This document shows, one piece after another, positions 25,250 to 38,212 of a stretch of 64,000 nucleotides of DNA. A program made the position numbers and the translations under genes. The DNA is from Malacoraja senta (lineage: Eukaryota), in assembly GCA_038087875.1 (NCBI GenBank), contig CM075978.1, positions 102,548,001 to 102,612,000 on the forward strand. The letters run 5' to 3'. The first letter of the stretch is position 1; each line of letters begins with the position of its first letter. Under the pieces are notes generated by a model. The model did not search any database. It was not told where the DNA came from and was given only the letters and a program-made list of their open reading frames with translations.

Positions 25250-26419
25250 ACAAATGAATTCCACCTGCAGTTTCAAGTGGTGGAATTTTTACATTGATGA
25301 TGTGCATCTCCATGCAAGCACTTTTGAAATCGTGCAAGGAAAGATCAGAAAATTGAAGACTTTGACAACACTATTTAAATATAGCACATTGCCGTAAAAA
25401 ACAAATTATAAAGAACTTTAATAAATCTCTCTGGCAGTGACAACAGGTGATTTAGACCATACCTATCCTTTTCTAGGAACTTTCAAAGGACAGGAATTTC
25501 CAAAAGTTAAGCGAAGGTAGCTGTTTATAGATAAAAAGCTATCTGGCAAGTGGGAGGCTATTAAAATGAGATTGAGTTCAGGGCCAGCACATTTCCATTA
25601 GTAAATGGCGAAGGCAAGGCTGGCAGGAGTAGGAAATCCTGAATGTCAAGAGATAGAGGCTCTGGTCAAGGAGTATGTTGGGTGTAGGCAGCTGGGTTCA
25701 AGTGAAGAATATAGAAAGGTGTAAAATAAGTACACTTAAAAGGGAAATCAGGAGGGCAAAATGCTACACAAGAAAGCAGGCAGATAAGATAATACAAAGA
25801 GATCCTTCTACCCTTAATATATTTGACAGAGGTGGAGTGTACAAGATGGTGCAGGAAACAAAGCAACTTGTGTACTACCTCAGTGTGATCTACTATCTTA
25901 CCCTTGTACTAAAGTACAATTGTGCCTAATGTATAGCAAGATTGTCACTGAATTATATGCAAAGAATTTCACGGTACCTAAGTTCATGTGACAAAAGTAC
26001 CATTGGACATAGGATAAAGATTTAGGATATACAGAAAGGGCTGTGTCGCTGAGTGTCTGTGTTCAACGGGTTCTAGTCATCGATGATTCACAAGTTCGTT
26101 AGGTTGTGCACACAGATTTTCTTGAAAAAATCCTGGCGAACTTCACTTTTAAATCTTCAAAAAAAATTAAATTGATTTAAATATTGTAGTAAATTGATTG
26201 ATTTAAAATCTTTAGAGGGAACAAATTGCTTAACAACCCAAAAATGTAAGATTTAGTTGCAATCTCTGGTGGCTAATTATAAGTTTGATAACATTTTCAT
26301 GTAGATATGGGTATAATGTGCTTAAAATAATGTTCCATCAGATGTCATTACAGACCCTCGATTCGTGCAAAATATTTTCAACTAATGGTTGGTCATAAAA
26401 AAACAACTTTGAAATCTTT

Positions 26420-28012
26420 AAGAAGGAACTGCAGATGCTGGAAAATCAAAGGTAGACAAAAATGCTGGATAAACTCAGCGGGTGAAGCAGCATCCATGGA
26501 GCAAAGGAAATAGGCAACGTTTCGGGTCGAGACCCTTCTTCATGCTGATGTGAGGGTGGGGGAGGGGGCGGGAAGAAGAAAGGAAGAGGCGGAGACAGTG
26601 GGCTGAGGGAGAGCTGAGAAGGGGATGAGAAAGCAAGGACTACCTGAAATTAGAGAAGTCAATGTTCATACCCCTGGGGTGTAAACTGCCCAAGCGAAAT
26701 ATGAGGTGCTGCTCCTCCAATTTATGGTGGTCCTCACTCTGGCCATGGAGGAGGCCCAGGACAGAAAGTTCAGAGTCGGAATGGGAGGGGAAGTTGAAGT
26801 GCTGAGCTACCGGGAGATCAGGTAGGTTAATGCGAATCGAGCGGAGGTGTTGGGCGAAGCGATCGCCAAGCCTACGTACGCTTGGTCTCACCGATGTAGA
26901 GCAGCCGACATCTAGAGCAGCAGATGCAATAGATGAGGTTGGAGGAGGTGCAGGTGAACCTCTGCCGCACCGGGAAAGACTGCTTGGGTCCTTGAATGGA
27001 GTCAAGGGGGGAGGTAAAGCGACAAGTGTAGCATTTCCTGCGGTTGCAAGGGAAAGTGCCAGGAGAGGCGGTGGTTTGGGTGAGAAGGGACGAATTGACC
27101 AGGGAGTTACAGAGGGAGCGGTCTCTGCGGAAAGCAGACGGGGAGGAGATGGGAAGATGTGGCCAGTAGTGGGATCCCGTTGGAGGTGGCGAAAATGTCG
27201 GAGGATTATTTGTTGTATGTGACGACTGGTAGGGTGGAAGGTGAGGACAAGGGGGACTCTGCCCATGTTACGGGTGGGGGGGATGGGGAGTGAGAGCAGA
27301 GTTACAGGGTATACAAGAGACCCTGGTGAGAGCCTCATCTATAGTAGAAGAGGGGAACCCCCGTTCCCGGAAGAATGAGGACAGCTCCAATGCCCTGGTG
27401 TGGAACACCTCATCCTGGGTGTAGATGCGGCGTAGATGGAGGAATTGGGAGTAGAGGATGGAGTCCTTACAGGAAGCAGGGTGGGAAGAAGTGTAGTCCA
27501 GATAGCCATGGGAGTCAGTGGGTTTATAGTGGATGTCGGTCAGTAGTCTATCACCTGCGATGGAGATAGTGAGGTCTAGAAAAGGTAGGGAAATGTCGGA
27601 AATGTTCCAGGTGTATTTGAGTGCCGGATGGAAGTTAGTGATGAAATGGATGAAGTCAGTGAGATGTGTGTGGGTGCAGGAGGTAGCACCAATGCAGTCG
27701 GCGATGTAGCGGAGGTAGAGTTTGGGGATAGGTCCCTGGTACGCCTCGAACAAAGATTGTTCGATGTACCCTACAAAGAGGCAGGCATAGCTAGGGCCCA
27801 TGCGAGTGCCCATAGCTAGGCCTTGTATTTGGAGGAAATGGGAGGAGTCAAACAAAAAGTTGTTAAGGGTAAGGACCAGCTCTGCAAGGTGGAGGAGAGT
27901 ATCAGTAGACGGGGATGGGGTGGTTCTGCGGTCAAGGAAGAAACAGAGGGCTTTAAGACTCTCCTGGTGGGGGATGGAAGTGTAGAGTGACTGGACATCC
28001 ATGGTGAAGATG
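26420..28012 (-). mobile_element. Penelope-like retroelement, 5'-truncated: RT + GIY-YIG endonuclease + pLTR
   Basis: ORF 27268-28002 has MDVQSLYTSIP, QGLAMGTRMGPSYACLFV, YLRYIAD, LPFLD and YKPTDSHGYLDYTSSHP. ORF 26640-27338 has RLGDRFAQH, VAQHFN and LHPRGMN. Frameshifted. Confidence 0.93.
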
Positions 28013-28439
28013 AGCGAATGTAATCTTGAACATTTTAACCCGTGAAAGAAAAATCATGAATGTTGAAATCGAATAAAACTAATGCCACGTCAGGGTAGTG
28101 CTACGCTAATCGAGGTGTAACAGTATGCTTTGGTGCCCGACTCCAAGCACTTGCTGCTATTTCTCAGGTACAAGCAGCATCTGTGCAAGACATACAGAAA
28201 TTGCATACTTGTATGTACAACATAATTTGCTGTATGACACGTACAAGCATATTCAATGCCGACAACATTGCTAAAGAATGTCACTGGGTTGCACATGATC
28301 AAGTAGAATTGTTCACGTCGACAGTTTATATCTTGGCAGAGGACAGCTGTGAAAAAGCTACCTAGGGAAAAAAAGTTGGAACATTACGTATCCATAAAGG
28401 AAGTGTATTCAGAGCAGAGTGAGAGCACACAAGGGAGAA

Positions 28440-28575
28440 GATGCAGTTTCATTTGCATAACAATGTTTCTTAAATTACAAGGGCTACAGTTCAAAAATGC
28501 TTAATTGGTTGTAAAGTGCTTTGGGACATGCCGAGGTCATGAAAAACACCATATAAATGCAAGATTTTCATTCTT
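28440..28575 (+). mobile_element. Ancient SINE 3' remnant (DeuSINE-like, L2-type tail)
   Basis: attggttgtaaagtgctttgggacatgccgaggtcatgaaaaacaccatataaatgcaag resembles, from memory, the AmnSINE1/SacSINE1 3' end. Confidence 0.5.
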
Positions 28576-29329
28576 CAACTAGTGGCAAAAGGTGGAAATG
28601 AACAGGAACAGTGGAATTGGACAGCTTCACATAATTTTTTGTTCTATTTCACATGACCTTCAAATGGGCCGAGTTAAAAATGAGCAGCCAATAATAATAA
28701 TCAGTGAATTGTTAATTTTTAGTCAATTTCTACAAAGGAATCATTCTTCGTTGACCATTATAGCTGTGTGAAATGCTTCACAATTCAATTAACCAGTTCA
28801 GCATAGCAAATTACGCAGATGCTTTTCTTTAAATCAGCTGCAGGAACAGAATCCGAATCACACTGGAGAACAAATATCACACCGGAGTGATTTTTGCAAC
28901 ATTTTAATCACTTTTGTTTACATCATCATTAAACATGGAGGATTTTCACAGGTTATTGCACAGTATATGTTTTTGATATTGTACACATTAGTCATGGAAA
29001 ATATTACCTTGATCTGCAAAACATCTGCTGTTCCATCACATATCATTACAGGCCCATTTGATTTTCCACTGAGAAAATTGTTTGCACCTGCCACTGCTTT
29101 CTAAAGTATATTCATAACATTAGCACTTAATTTTTTTCCAGTAAACATTTTTTCAGAATGGTGAATAGTTTGTGTATTTCTTGTCAAAATAAATATTCCT
29201 ACCATTTATCACGAAAGGGTAGGACAAAATTTTTTGGGGACAGTCGTATCATTACAAGTGTTCCAGAAAGGCAAGCCGCAGCTTAGATTTTATGCTTTGT
29301 TTTTGTAATTTTGGCACATTTTAAGCAAA

Positions 29330-29335
29330 TTTATT
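29330..29335 (-). terminator. Candidate polyadenylation signal (AATAAA) of CHM
   Basis: tttatt on the + strand, ~320 nt downstream of the CHM stop codon. Usage is unknown. Confidence 0.35.
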
Positions 29336-29651
29336 ACAGCACTTGATCCCTCGCATCTTATTCTGATAAGACAACACATTGCATTCAATTAGTGTGAACA
29401 TAGTTCAATATTCATCATTGGGAATTGGTATGATGGTGCCTACCAGGGAAGCGAGAACTGAAGAAACAGTAACAGCAGGTAAATATTTGCCAGGAGTGTT
29501 TAAATAAAAAAACAGGTTAGGTAACTTAAAGGCTGCCTAATTGATTTTGAAACTCGAGTTACAGTTTGCATGTAGTTGCGTGTAAAGGCTGCACTCTATT
29601 TCCTCGTTGCTTCAATATTATTTTGGGTGAACATCTATTTCCCTAAATATA

Positions 29652-29969
29652 TTATTCTGCATCTTTGGGCATCTCTGTTTCATTAATGCTATTTTTCAAT
29701 GTTTGAGTGTCAGGGCTAGAGGTTTCAGATTCTCTGTCCATTTTATTAATGGCTGATACTTCACTGACTTTTTCCTTTTTATCTTGGCCATGTTCAGCAG
29801 TATCTGCATCTACATTTTCCTCTCTTTCAACAGTTAGAGTTTCTGAAGGTGTGCCAAAGCCAGCATTTTCGGGTCTTGCACCATCACCATCGTAAATAAT
29901 ATCTTCAGGGTTTGGTGCAGCAGGACAGAACTCTTCCCCCGGGCAGAGTTGATGAAAGATAGCTTCTGC
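29652..29969 (-). CDS. CHM: CHM / Rab escort protein 1, last coding exon (equivalent to human exon 15)
   Basis: Acceptor ttttttttccag|GCA. Encodes [29 protein letters not shown]..., versus human [29 protein letters not shown], then an acidic tail and TAA. Confidence 0.93.
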   Translation of the reverse strand, partial: AEAIFHQLCPGEEFCPAAPNPEDIIYDGDGARPENAGFGTPSETLTVEREENVDADTAEHGQDKKEKVSEVSAINKMDRESETSSPDTQTLKNSINETEMPKDAE

Positions 29970-30801
29970 CTGGAAAAAAAAGCAAGATTGCATTGTGAAC
30001 AATGAATGCTGAACAAAACCACTATTCCTTAACTATTTACACAGCAGGATTAGCTGCCCATACAGATTCCACCAAAATTAAAATAATTTTGTATCATGAT
30101 TTTCTGTAACCTGGAGCAGTCATGTGCAAAGGCATCAAGAAACACAACGTAAAAAAAATAAAATTTACTCTAATTTGCTTCGTGATTTTTATGCATCTCA
30201 GATTTTGAGAGCAATTTGCAAATTCTACTAGGGCAAATTTCTATTACCTGATCAGCCATATGTAGGGGTCCCCTTGACTGTCCTTTAGTTCTTTAAAACC
30301 ATCTAATGTTTGATCATGGATCCAAACTGGTCCCATCATTCATTATGTTCAAGGTCCAGAGTCAGTTCTTGTTTCCCACAGAACCCCCCAAAAAAACAAT
30401 TTGCTGCAATTTACAATTTACCACTTTCTTTCCCCACCATAAAAATAAAATATAGTTATTGTTTTTACTTCTCCAACAGTCATTGCACTCCACAACTCTA
30501 AAGTGCGATTTCAAAAATCCACAGATTTTTTGTTAATTTCAAAAGTTCCTTCTGATTTCCAAACTGATTTTCAAATATCATGGTCAATAGTTTGGAAGTT
30601 TCACTGCAACTAAATAAAACAAATTAATCTTGCAGTAAGAACATGACTAACTTTTACAAACAAAATGCAAAGCAAGTAATGAGAATTGTTCTCCACAATT
30701 GAAAAAACATTTCTGATATCCAAAAGAGGTTTGAAACAATGTTTGTAGGCTTTAAACAATTTAAAATATTGTTTTGCCCAGTAATAAGAGTTCAAGCCTT
30801 A

Positions 30802-31158
30802 AGGGCCTGTCCCACTGTACGAGGTAATTCAAGAGTTCTCCCGAGTTTTCCCCTGATTCGAACTCGGAGAATGTCCTTGGCGGGTCCATAGGAGTTCGTG
30901 GATGTCTCGCAGCGGCTCGTACGAGTAACGGTAGGTACTCGGGAAATCCGGTAAACTCGTGACGTTTTTTCAACACTGTGAAAAATATCCACGAGTAAAA
31001 AAATACTCGTGATGAAAGAAATTGTTACTTTTTACTCGTACGAGCCGCTACAAGACATCCACGAACTCCTACGGACCCGCTACGGACATTCTCCGAGTTC
31101 GAATCAGGGGAAAACTCGGGAGAAATCTTGAATTACCTTGTACAGTGAGACAGGCCCT
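30802..31158. mobile_element. PIF/Harbinger-type MITE, near-perfect 357-bp palindrome with TTA TSD
   Basis: TTA|AGGGCCTGTCCCACTGTAC...GTACAGTGAGACAGGCCCT|TTA. The arms are complementary for over 100 bp. Confidence 0.88.
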
Positions 31159-31529
31159 TTAGACCAGAAATTAGCACAGAAATTAATGGTTTCACTGCAC
31201 TGTGGAAGTGCAACCTTGTCAGAGATGTTATCTCCAGAACATTAATGTAATATGCATGACTTTGTTTAGGTGGGAGACAGTGGAAAACAATACCAAAGCT
31301 ATTTTCATGTACTGTTCAATGTTCACTAATAACAAAAAAGACAAACTAATCAATTTGTCAAACTTTAATCAAATACAAACTCACTGCTAAAGATGCAAAC
31401 TCACTGCCATTAGTCATTTCCTCAATACTTGTGATAACACTTTAGAAAACTAATTCTAAAACCCCATGACAGAAAACAGAACAAGCAGATTGCAAGTTCC
31501 TTATTTTAAATATATTTATCTCACTGTAC

Positions 31530-31696
31530 CTTTTCAACAGACTGTTCAAATCCAAGTGCAGCACTAGGTCCAGAACAGATGTAAACATTACTGGGAAGGC
31601 CTTCATATGCATTTCTGTCAACTGCAGATGAATCTCTTACGTTGAAAAATAAAGCCCACAGCACTTTAGGTTTCTCTCCTTCACATTCGTGTGAAT
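31530..31696 (-). CDS. CHM: CHM exon (equivalent to human exon 14), 167 nt
   Basis: gtgtag|...AAG|gtacag. Encodes DSHECEGEKPKVLWALFFNVRDSSAVDRNAYEGLPSNVYICSGPSAALGFEQSVEK, versus human KPRILWALYFNMRDSS...LPSNVYVCSGP. Confidence 0.95.
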
Positions 31697-32804
31697 CTAC
31701 ACAAAAAAAGGTAAATCATGTTTTCAGTCAAATGGGATTAAATGTACAAGTAGAATGTATACACAAAAGTACTGAATATCAAAAAGTATTTGCCAGATGA
31801 GAGAAAATGTAAAATCCTCAATCCCTCTCTCAGCTGCTGCCATTTGGCCAAGAGAGAATTATCGAATGATCAGTGTTCCTTTGAGTCTGGCGTGGCCCAG
31901 TCACGTTTGGAAATAAATGGCAAATCAATGCTACAATTGCTCAATTTAACTTTGGGACTGTATCAAATAACAGCCAGGTTGAGACACAGAAAATGTTGTG
32001 CTGGGGTTGAGGGAAAAACAAAAGCAGGATAATGGCTGAACACATTAGCTGAGGAATTAAAGACAGTTCAACTCAGGAGTGACTGAGGTGAACAAAGGGG
32101 AGTTATACATGCAGCTTAGATTACCAGGAAATCATAATTTCCTCAGTGATCACGTCAAGAGGGATAATTCAGCCAGAGGAGATGGTAAAGCTACTGGCTT
32201 AGGCAAACATAGGCACGTGTATGAATGGAGTGGGAGACCCATGCAGCAGCAGGAGGTAAATGAACTGGAACAAAGTTTGATAAGATTACCAACAATTGGC
32301 AAATTAGTCATAGGGGTCAATGCAGAGGGGAATGATACAGTGAGTGTCAGTGTTCATGGGGAGGGTGCATGCCAAGCAGATAGTAAAAGGTCTCGATCAG
32401 GAGGAACAAAGTACATGAGCAGTTGCTACAAACAGGAGTAAAGGACAAGTAAAAGGAAAAAGAAAATGGCGAGTAGGGAAATTCAAGCCATCTACAAGAT
32501 CAGCCACTCATATTTTGTCTGATTTTTTTGATGCGCTCTTGAAAAACAAAATCATGCTTTATATGTGGCTGCCAATTGTTGCTGCTAGATTTACAAATAA
32601 AACCACCCTGCTGAACACAATTTAATTTCCTCCCAGTGACACCAATTAACAACTATTTTTCCACATTCTTATTTAGGAGACCTTGAGTAAAGAGACTGCA
32701 GGTTGAGGTAATAAGTAATTAGGGGATAGCAGCCAGATTATTTTTTCCCCAAAAGAAGTTCTGCGTTAATTAGGAACAAGCAGGGGAAAAATTAATTTTT
32801 CATG

Positions 32805-34386
32805 TTTGAGAAAGAACTGCAGATGCTGGAAAAATCTAAGGTAGACAAAAATGCTGGAGAAACTCAGCGGGTGAGGCAGCATCTATGGAGCGAAGGAATA
32901 GGTGACGTTTCGGGTCGAGACCCTTCTTCAGACTGATGTGGGGGTGGGGGAAGAAGAAAGGAAGAGTTGGAGAGTGGGCTGTGGGAGAGCTGAGAAGGGG
33001 AGGGGAAGGAGAGAGAAAGCAAGGACTACCTGAAATTGGAGAAGTCAATGTTCATACCGCTGGGGTGTAAACTACCCAAGCGAAATATGAGGTGCTGCTC
33101 CTCCAATTTGCGGTGGGACTAACTCTGGCCATGGAGGAGGCCCAGGACAGAAAGGTCAGATTCGGAATGGGTGGGGGAGTTGAAGTGCTGAGCCACCGGG
33201 AGATCAGGTTAGTTAATGCGAACTGAGCGGAGGTGTTGGGCGAAGCGATCGCCAAGCCTGCACTTGGTCTCACCAATGTAGAGCAGTTGACACCTAGAGC
33301 AGCGGATGCCATAGATGAGGTTGGAGGAGGTGCAGGTGAACCTCTGCCTCACCTGGAAAGACTGCTTAGTTCCTTGGATGGAATCAAGGGGAGAGGTAAA
33401 GCGACAAGTGTAGCATTTCCTGCGGTTGCAAGGGAAAGTACCAGGGGAGGGGGTGGTTTGGGTGGGAAGGTACAAATTGACCAGGGAGTTATGGAGGGAG
33501 CGGTCTCTGCGGAAAGTCGAAAGGGGTGGAGATGGGAAGATGTGGCCAGTGGCGGGATCCCGTTGGAGGTGGCGAAAATATCGGAGGATTATCTGTTGTA
33601 TGTGACGGCTGGTAGGGTGGAAGGTGAGGACAAGGAGGGCTCTGCCCTTGTTATGAGTGGGGGGGGGGGAGATGGGGAGGGAGAGCGGAGCTACGGGATA
33701 TAGAAGAGATCCTGGTGAGTGCCTCATCTATAGTCGAAGAGGGGAACTTTTCCACATCTTCCACCCTACCAGCCGTCACATGCAACAGATAATCCTCCGA
33801 CATTTTCACAACCTCCAACGGGATCTCACCACTAGCCACATCTTCCCATCTCCTCCCCTTTCGGCATTCCGCAGAGACCGCTCCGTAACTCCCTGGTCAA
33901 TTTGTCCCTTCCCACCCAAACCACCCCCTCCCCGGGTACTTTCCCTTGCAACCGCAGGAAATGCTACACTTGTCACTTTACCTCCCCCCTTGACTCCATC
34001 CAAGGACCTAAGCAGTCTTTCCTGGTGAGGCAGAGGTTCACCTGCACCTCCTCCAACCTCATCTATTTCATCCGCTACTCTAGGTGTCAACTGCTCTACA
34101 TCGGTGAGACCAAGCACAGGCTTGGCGATCGCTTCGCCCAACACCTCCGCTCGGTTCGTAATAACCAACCTGATCTCCCGGTGGCTCAGCACTTCAACTC
34201 CCACTCCCCCTCCCATTCCGAATCCAACCTTTCTATCCTGGGCCTCCTCCATGGCCAGAGTGAGTCCCACTGCAAATTGGAGGAGCAGTACCTCATATTT
34301 TGCTTGGGTAGTTTACACCCCAGCAGTATGAACATTGACTTCTTCAATTTCAGGTAGTCCTTGCTTTCTCCCTCCTTCCCCTCCCC
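32805..34386. mobile_element. Single Penelope-like insertion made of two inverted GIY-YIG fragments (32805-33750 minus, 33755-34386 plus) with 15-bp TSD
   Basis: ORFs 33209-33727 (-) and 33902-34357 (+) both encode CNRRKCYTC...NLIY.IR.SRCQLLYIGETK.RLGDRFAQH. aattaatttttcatg is at 32790-32804 and 34387-34401. Confidence 0.92.
32901..32934 (-). ncRNA. Minimal hammerhead-ribozyme motif in the Penelope pLTR, sense to CHM pre-mRNA
   Basis: Minus strand agt-CUGAAGA-a-GGGU-cucg-ACCC-GAAA-CG-UC-acc: conserved core, stem II, palindromic ACGU stem III and GUC triplet. Confidence 0.65.
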
Positions 34387-35804
34387 AATTAATTTTTCAT
34401 GCTTATTTATACCCCTGAAACAAAAACAAATTCTGTCTATGTTAGATGACAAGAATAATTGACAAATGTTAAAAGCTAGAATCCAGCAATTCCATACAAG
34501 GAGCAGTTATTTGAAAGCAAATTGGCATTTAAAGACCCCATCTTGTTGCTGAGTACTCACAGCTAGTAAGACATGTTTTCTTACATTTGTCTTCTGTGTA
34601 CAACTTAGGCCTAAAGTGTTTGCTCACATTTAGTCTAAAGAGTAAAACTTGTGACCATTGATCCATTTACTTAAATTTCATACATGTTCCAACCTCATAT
34701 CAATTTACATTTAGTACATCAGTGGCTTTATCACTTTTTCCCTTCCAGCTTCCACCCGGAGAGTAAAGGCATTATTATAAAGTGGCGCACACAGTTCAGA
34801 AACGCACAGCATTTTACTTGTTTGCCTTTTTACCGCCAAATAAACCAGCTCCTTTCCAGGTGCCTTTGTCATTTTGACCTGCTATGGCCTACTGCTCACC
34901 TGATCTGGTGATTCGTCCTCAACAGCTCTAATAGAATCTGCGCTGACATTTTAATTAAAATACTGCCACTGCCACGCAGACTGCAATCACAACGGGATGA
35001 TAAAAAGGGCCATGTAAAACTCGTCGGTGCAGTATTTTGGAGCAGAACTGCACCTGATGCTTATTGTTATTGTTCCTGGCATGTGAACAAAAGAATTTCA
35101 ATAATGCTTAAAGCAATGCAAATGATAGCGAAGCTATTATTTGAAAATTGTCTAGAAGTTTTATATTGCAGAAGAGTAACATTAGAAAGATTATCACGCA
35201 TCACTATCTTGCACAACATTTAAGCATTGGCTGAAGTTCTTCAGTACAAGTAAACCCAAATTACCACCCAAGTTAAAATCTCAACAGCTTCTTGCCTTTA
35301 TCTCTGGTGACAAAAGTAATTTTCAAAGGAACAGCGTCTCAAAATGTCCCAGAGTCTGCCTGCCAAAGCAGGAGAGTCAGAAGAACAAATGTTCCTCATG
35401 ATCTAACAATTATAGACAGTGATAAATGCTTTAAAATAGAAAAGCACATTTCCTCAACTGATAAAATACTGTTGCAAATTTAAAAAAAACATACAATGAT
35501 ATAACACGGAAGGTGGTCAATCAGTTTATTGAACCCATGCTCACTCTTTCAAATTACTATCCAATTTGTTACACTATCCTGCTTTTTCACCCATGCACAG
35601 GCAGTCCCTTTTTTTTTTAACTAAAAATGTCTTTAAAACTAAATACCAAACTGATGCATGGAATTTAAAATACTCAAAAGATGAGAGACTGTCCTTCAGA
35701 TTCAAAGATTTTGAATTAAATAAAAATAAAAAAAAACTTAAAATGGTTTTGTCAGGATGACAAAATAATTATTCCGGAAATATTTATTTCTCGCCGGAAT
35801 TAAC

Positions 35805-36030
35805 ATGTTGGTGGAAGAAGCCAATGTGGATGATAGACTGGGTTGCATTCATAACACATTGCAATTATTTTGCGTTCCCAAGCAGAGCAGTAGCTGTGCC
35901 CCGATTGTGATGCATCTGGATAGGATACTTTCTATAATGCATCTCGAGAAATGGTTAACGGTCATTAGACTTGCTGAATTTCCTTCGCCTTCTTAGGAAG
36001 CAGAGGTATTGGTGTGTTTTCTTGGCGTGG
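35805..36030 (-). mobile_element. Degenerate Rex1-like LINE fragment
   Basis: Reverse complement resembles 12915-13180. Confidence 0.55.
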
Positions 36031-36559
36031 TCTCCACTTGTGTTTCTTGAACGCAATGGTCATTAATATGGCAGGCAGCCAATCTGCTTATACCCTTGTG
36101 GCAAAACTAACGTCAAATACTTGTTCAAAACATCAATGATGTAATGACAAATATTGTTCAACAATAAAACAGATATGCCGCCATCTAGACAAAAATAAGT
36201 GGATTTCCTATTAAAACAAAATGATTTCAATATTTGATCCCAACTAGTTTTGAAAGACAATTCTAATACCTAGCTGGTACTAAAGTATTGATAATTTTAT
36301 CGTTATGTCCACCACAAACACCAGTTGGATATCCCATTGTCCTCGACTTATTTCATTTATTTCCTTCGGGCTGAACACATTGGTCAAGAGCATCTTGGAA
36401 CCAATTGTAGCCCCCCCAGTATGGCACCAGGGCCAATCTATCAACCACTGTTTTAACAATATTCAAGACTCCCTACTAAAGGTAGAGTTTGAGTGCCTCA
36501 AAAACCACTATCTTAAGAATTTAAATTTCACCTGATCTGTCTTACGTCGATGACTTAGA

Positions 36560-37050
36560 TTCTCGGCCAAGAGGAAACATCCACTTTGGCTAGACCCCTC
36601 AACATCCTGCTTATTTCAATTCAGTCCTCTTATTCTTCAAAAGTGCAGTACATAGCCTATTGAAGCTTTCCTCGTAAAGGCAACATGCTCAGTCCAAATA
36701 TTACTCTTGTAAATAGTCTCTGAACTGCTTCCAATACATTTACATCCTTTCTTGATTGAGACCAATATCATACATGCTTCAGGTGTGGTCTTGAAGTACT
36801 TATCTTTCAGAAGCACAACTTCGCTAGTTTTGTATTCAATTTCCCAGCAAATCAATAATCTATTAGCTTTCTTAATTACTTGCGTCATCTGCCAACTAGT
36901 CATTTGAAAATCATACCTTATGACATCTAGATTGCTTTACACCTCATATTTCTGGAACCTTCAATCAATTAGAGAACATGGGATTTTTTCCCCGGCCAAA
37001 ATGGCCAATTTCACACTTTCACCAATCTGACTGACTTTGCCAGACTATTG
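36560..37050 (-). mobile_element. Degenerate CR1 RT fragment
   Basis: ORF 36637-36903 (QVIKKANRLL...IEYKTSEVVL) resembles the CR1 RT C-terminus. Confidence 0.65.
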
Positions 37051-37304
37051 TTCTTTGTCGTCTCATGAGCACTTCACAACATTTTGCTCTTTATTATCTT
37101 TGCTTTCCATTATCTCACCCCACAAATACAGATGTAGCATGGACTGTTTTTGGCTGACCATATAACATGCTGTTCTAATAAAGTATTCTGAAAAAAAACT
37201 CATTTAGGCCTAAATTTTTCTGGAGCATACATAGATTACAATCCTCAATCTATTTCTGACAAGCTCACATTATTTCTTCCTTTATACTGACTGGCCACTT
37301 TATG

Positions 37305-37620
37305 ACCACAGTGGTGGCACAGTGGTAGAGTTGCTGCCTTACTGTGAATACAGCGGCGGAGAGCTGGGTTTGATCCCGACTACGTTGTCTGTACGGAGTT
37401 TGTACGTTCTCCCCATGACCTGCGTGGGTTTTCTCAGAGATCTTCGGTTTCCTCCCACAATCCAAAGACGTACAAGTTTGTAGGTTAATTGGCTTGGTAA
37501 ATGTAAAAATTGTCCCTAGTGGGTGTAGGATAGTGTTAATGTGCGGGGGTCACTGGTCGACGCGGACCCGGTGGGCCGAAGGACCTGTTTCCACGCTGTA
37601 TCTCTAAACGAAACGAAACT
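37305..37620 (+). mobile_element. tRNA-derived V-SINE (HE1-like)
   Basis: Same head, V-domain and tail as 14965-15263, ending (cgaaa)n. Confidence 0.85.
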
Positions 37621-37664
37621 ATTCAATGCCACTTCTTGCCTTTAATATTGTAATCTCCACCCAA

Positions 37665-38212
37665 ACATAGAAACATAGAAAATAGGTGCAGGAGTAGGTC
37701 ATTTGGCCCTTCAAGCCAGCACCGCCATTCAATGAGATCATGGCTGATCATTCACAATCAGTACCCCGTTCCTGCCTTCTCCCCATATCCCTTGATTCCA
37801 CTCACCCTAAGAGCTCTATCTATCTATCTCTCTTTTGAATGCATTCAGTGAATTGGCTTCCACTGCCTTCTGAGGTAGAGAATTTCACAAATTCACAACT
37901 CTGGGTGAAAAGGTTTTTCCTCGTCTCAGTTCTAAATGGCTGACCCCTTATTCTTAAACTGTGGCCCCTGGTTCTGGTCTCCCCCAACATCGGGAACATG
38001 TTTCCTGCATCTGGCTTGTCCAATCCCTTAATAATTTTATATGTTTCTATAAGATGCCCTCTCATCCTTCTAAAATCCAGTGAATACAAGCCCAGTCGTT
38101 CCATTCTTTCATCATATGACAGTCCTGCCATCCTGGGAATTAACCTCGTGAACCTACACTGCACTCCATCAATAGCAAGAATGTCCTTCCTCAAATGAGG
38201 AGACCAAAACTG
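37665..38212 (-). mobile_element. CR1 LINE 3' fragment
   Basis: ORF 37820-38224 (QFWSPHLRKDILAIDGVQ...RGHLIETYKI) with a (tttctatg)n tail. Confidence 0.9.
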
